From Squalus acanthias (Eukaryota), in contig CM059432.1 in assembly GCA_030390025.1 (NCBI GenBank), positions 85,686,001 through 85,750,000 of the forward strand: a stretch of 64,000 nucleotides of DNA, given 5' to 3'. This document shows positions 62,346-64,000 of the stretch, one piece after another; the stretch's first letter is position 1, and every line of letters begins with the position of its first letter. The position numbers were made by a program, and so were the translations under genes. The notes under the pieces are model-generated. The model saw only the letters and a list, made by a program, of their open reading frames with translations, was not told where the DNA came from and did no database searches.

Positions 62346-64000
62346 CATCAGGTGGCTGAGGAGAAGGTTGGCACTCCTGTTGGTGCTGCTGGTGTGCCTG
62401 GTTCTGCTGCTGCCATGGCTACTCTTCCTCCAAAGCTAAGGACCAGGATGAGAGGGTATAATTGGTTACCATTCTGCTGGTCCATATGTCAGTTGAGGAA
62501 GAGATGTTATAAGCGCTCAGTCAATGTGGGGAGAGGTTATTCCAAGGAGGTCACAGTGCATATAGATCTCAGGACAAACACTTACAACCTCAATACACCT
62601 GAAAAATGTCTTCCAAATCCTGAAAACAGAAAGTTCTGGCATCTGAAATTGAACTAATGTTGCAGGTTAGCTTTTATGCTGTAGTTGCAGCTGTGAACTA
62701 TTCAGCTTGTTGCAATACCCAACACAATCAGCTGGCGTGTTTGTCGAACGCGTGGAGCACGCTGAAAATGTGGCAAAATCAAAAAAGCCTGTAAAAAAAG
62801 GATTAAGCAGGTAGTTAACAAGCTGTTAACTACCTTAAGTGCCTCTCCCGCCGCTTGGTGTCGGGTCTGATCAGAAGTCACAGACCCGACACTTTGGAAA
62901 GTCGCGTGGAAGCGGGATGGTGGCGGGTTCGCAACCCGCCATCAATCATTTTGATTTTAACTCTGGACCCACCTCCAAACCTGCCCTATGAACGCCGACA
63001 AAATCACGGCTTTAGTTACTAAAGTGGGAAAAATAGAATACTCTCGAGCAGAATAGGCAGAGGCCTGGGAGCAGGCACCTAGAGGAAGCAAAGAGACCGG
63101 AACATGGAGAAAAAATAGTGAAGAAAACTGCTGGCACCTGATATTGTAAATGTTCTGTCCTAGAGCACTAACCTTCATCTCAATAACTAAAAAGTAATTT
63201 ATCAAGTCAGTTAAATATTTTATTAACTTCTTAGTTCCCTTCTATATATGGTAAGCTTGGTTAATCTGCATTACCAAGACTGAGAAATGACTTATATTAG
63301 CTGAAAAACTTTTAGGTTTTAAACAATTTTTATTATGTGGTATAATAGTAAAACCAGAGGCATTTGTATTTAGGACACCACACCTATGCATCTTAAATGT
63401 GATGCTTCTAGTTACTGGGAATATGGGAAGACTTACAGAAATTGTACTGGTGTACCAAGGGGGAATTCACTGACTTTCCATGGGTTAATGCATGTTCTAA
63501 AAACACTAAATCAGCGAGAGATGTTCACCCCATATTTGAACTGTACCGTGGACAAAAGCAGTTCCCTGCTCCAATTCTGTGCAGACTTTTTTGTATGAAT
63601 ACAAAATGTTCAGGTGGAGCTTCAATGTTCCTGGTGTAAATTTGAATGTCTTTAGTAGTAGCCACTTGTGTATTGCTGCTGGGGTTATTATTCACCTTGT
63701 CTAAAACACGCAAGATCATGTAACACTAATTTATTTTAAATGTTAGCTTGGTTGAAACTTTCCATTTCTGCAGGTGGCTAGAGCCTGAATTGAGCTAATG
63801 TCTACAGCGCGAATAGTTGGAGCTCATCCATTGCAACCACGGGCTAAAAATTTTGGAGTGGAAGAGTTCCCACTACTGGCCCTGTGTATCAGTGGTGGTC
63901 GGTAACATGAGAAAAGTGATGCATTACTACCTCTACAAGGGTTCATGTGGGCCCCACCAGTGGGTGTGGCCTTGCAAGTGGCCTCCACCCCTGAAGATGA

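Larger units (their letters stand above)
55718..63012. mobile_element. Decayed autonomous PIF/Harbinger DNA transposon with nested LINEs
   Basis: Convergent Myb/SANT-like and DDE transposase genes. Degenerate TIRs: GGGGCTGGATTTT...GGTGGGTTTGTGGCGGGT versus reverse complement GCCGTGATTTT...GGCAGGTTTGGAGGTGGGT. No clear TSD. Confidence 0.8.

Noticed and set aside
63380..64000. Exon-like ORFs at the window end
   Set aside because: Short, stop-interrupted, no recognisable domain.
1..64000. Interstitial (TTAGGG)n arrays near TERF1; most remaining short ORFs in the track
   Set aside because: No telomeric arrays seen. The other ORFs are antisense or shifted frames of LINE relics, or chance frames in intronic DNA.

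Overview
Vertebrate genomic DNA, most likely from a cartilaginous fish (inferred from the CR1/L2/Deu-type SINE/Penelope repeat landscape; the species cannot be determined from sequence). The window holds one intact host gene, TERF1 (telomeric repeat-binding factor 1), on the + strand. I reconstructed 10 coding exons by hand from 11216 to 52712 (1200 nt, 399 aa; TRFH domain, hinge, telobox Myb domain). All junctions are GT-AG and the exon phases match human TERF1 as I recall it. Nearly everything else is transposon-derived: many CR1 LINEs (one near full length), a second Zenon-like LINE family, L2 relics, tRNA-SINEs, hAT and Tc1/pogo MITEs, a 1.46-kb solo LTR, and a decayed two-gene PIF/Harbinger transposon carrying a LINE-in-LINE nest. 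The most striking non-gene signal is a set of Penelope-like insertions carrying four minimal hammerhead ribozyme motifs. Two of these are fold-back elements with target-site duplications, including a 408-bp-arm hairpin 2 kb upstream of TERF1. TERF1 itself shows a frame-shifting VNTR/uORF leader, an exon 6/8 junction that would create a stop on PIN2-type skipping, and inverted CR1 copies flanking exons 4-5. Boundaries of old repeats are approximate, and family names come from motif recognition rather than database searches.
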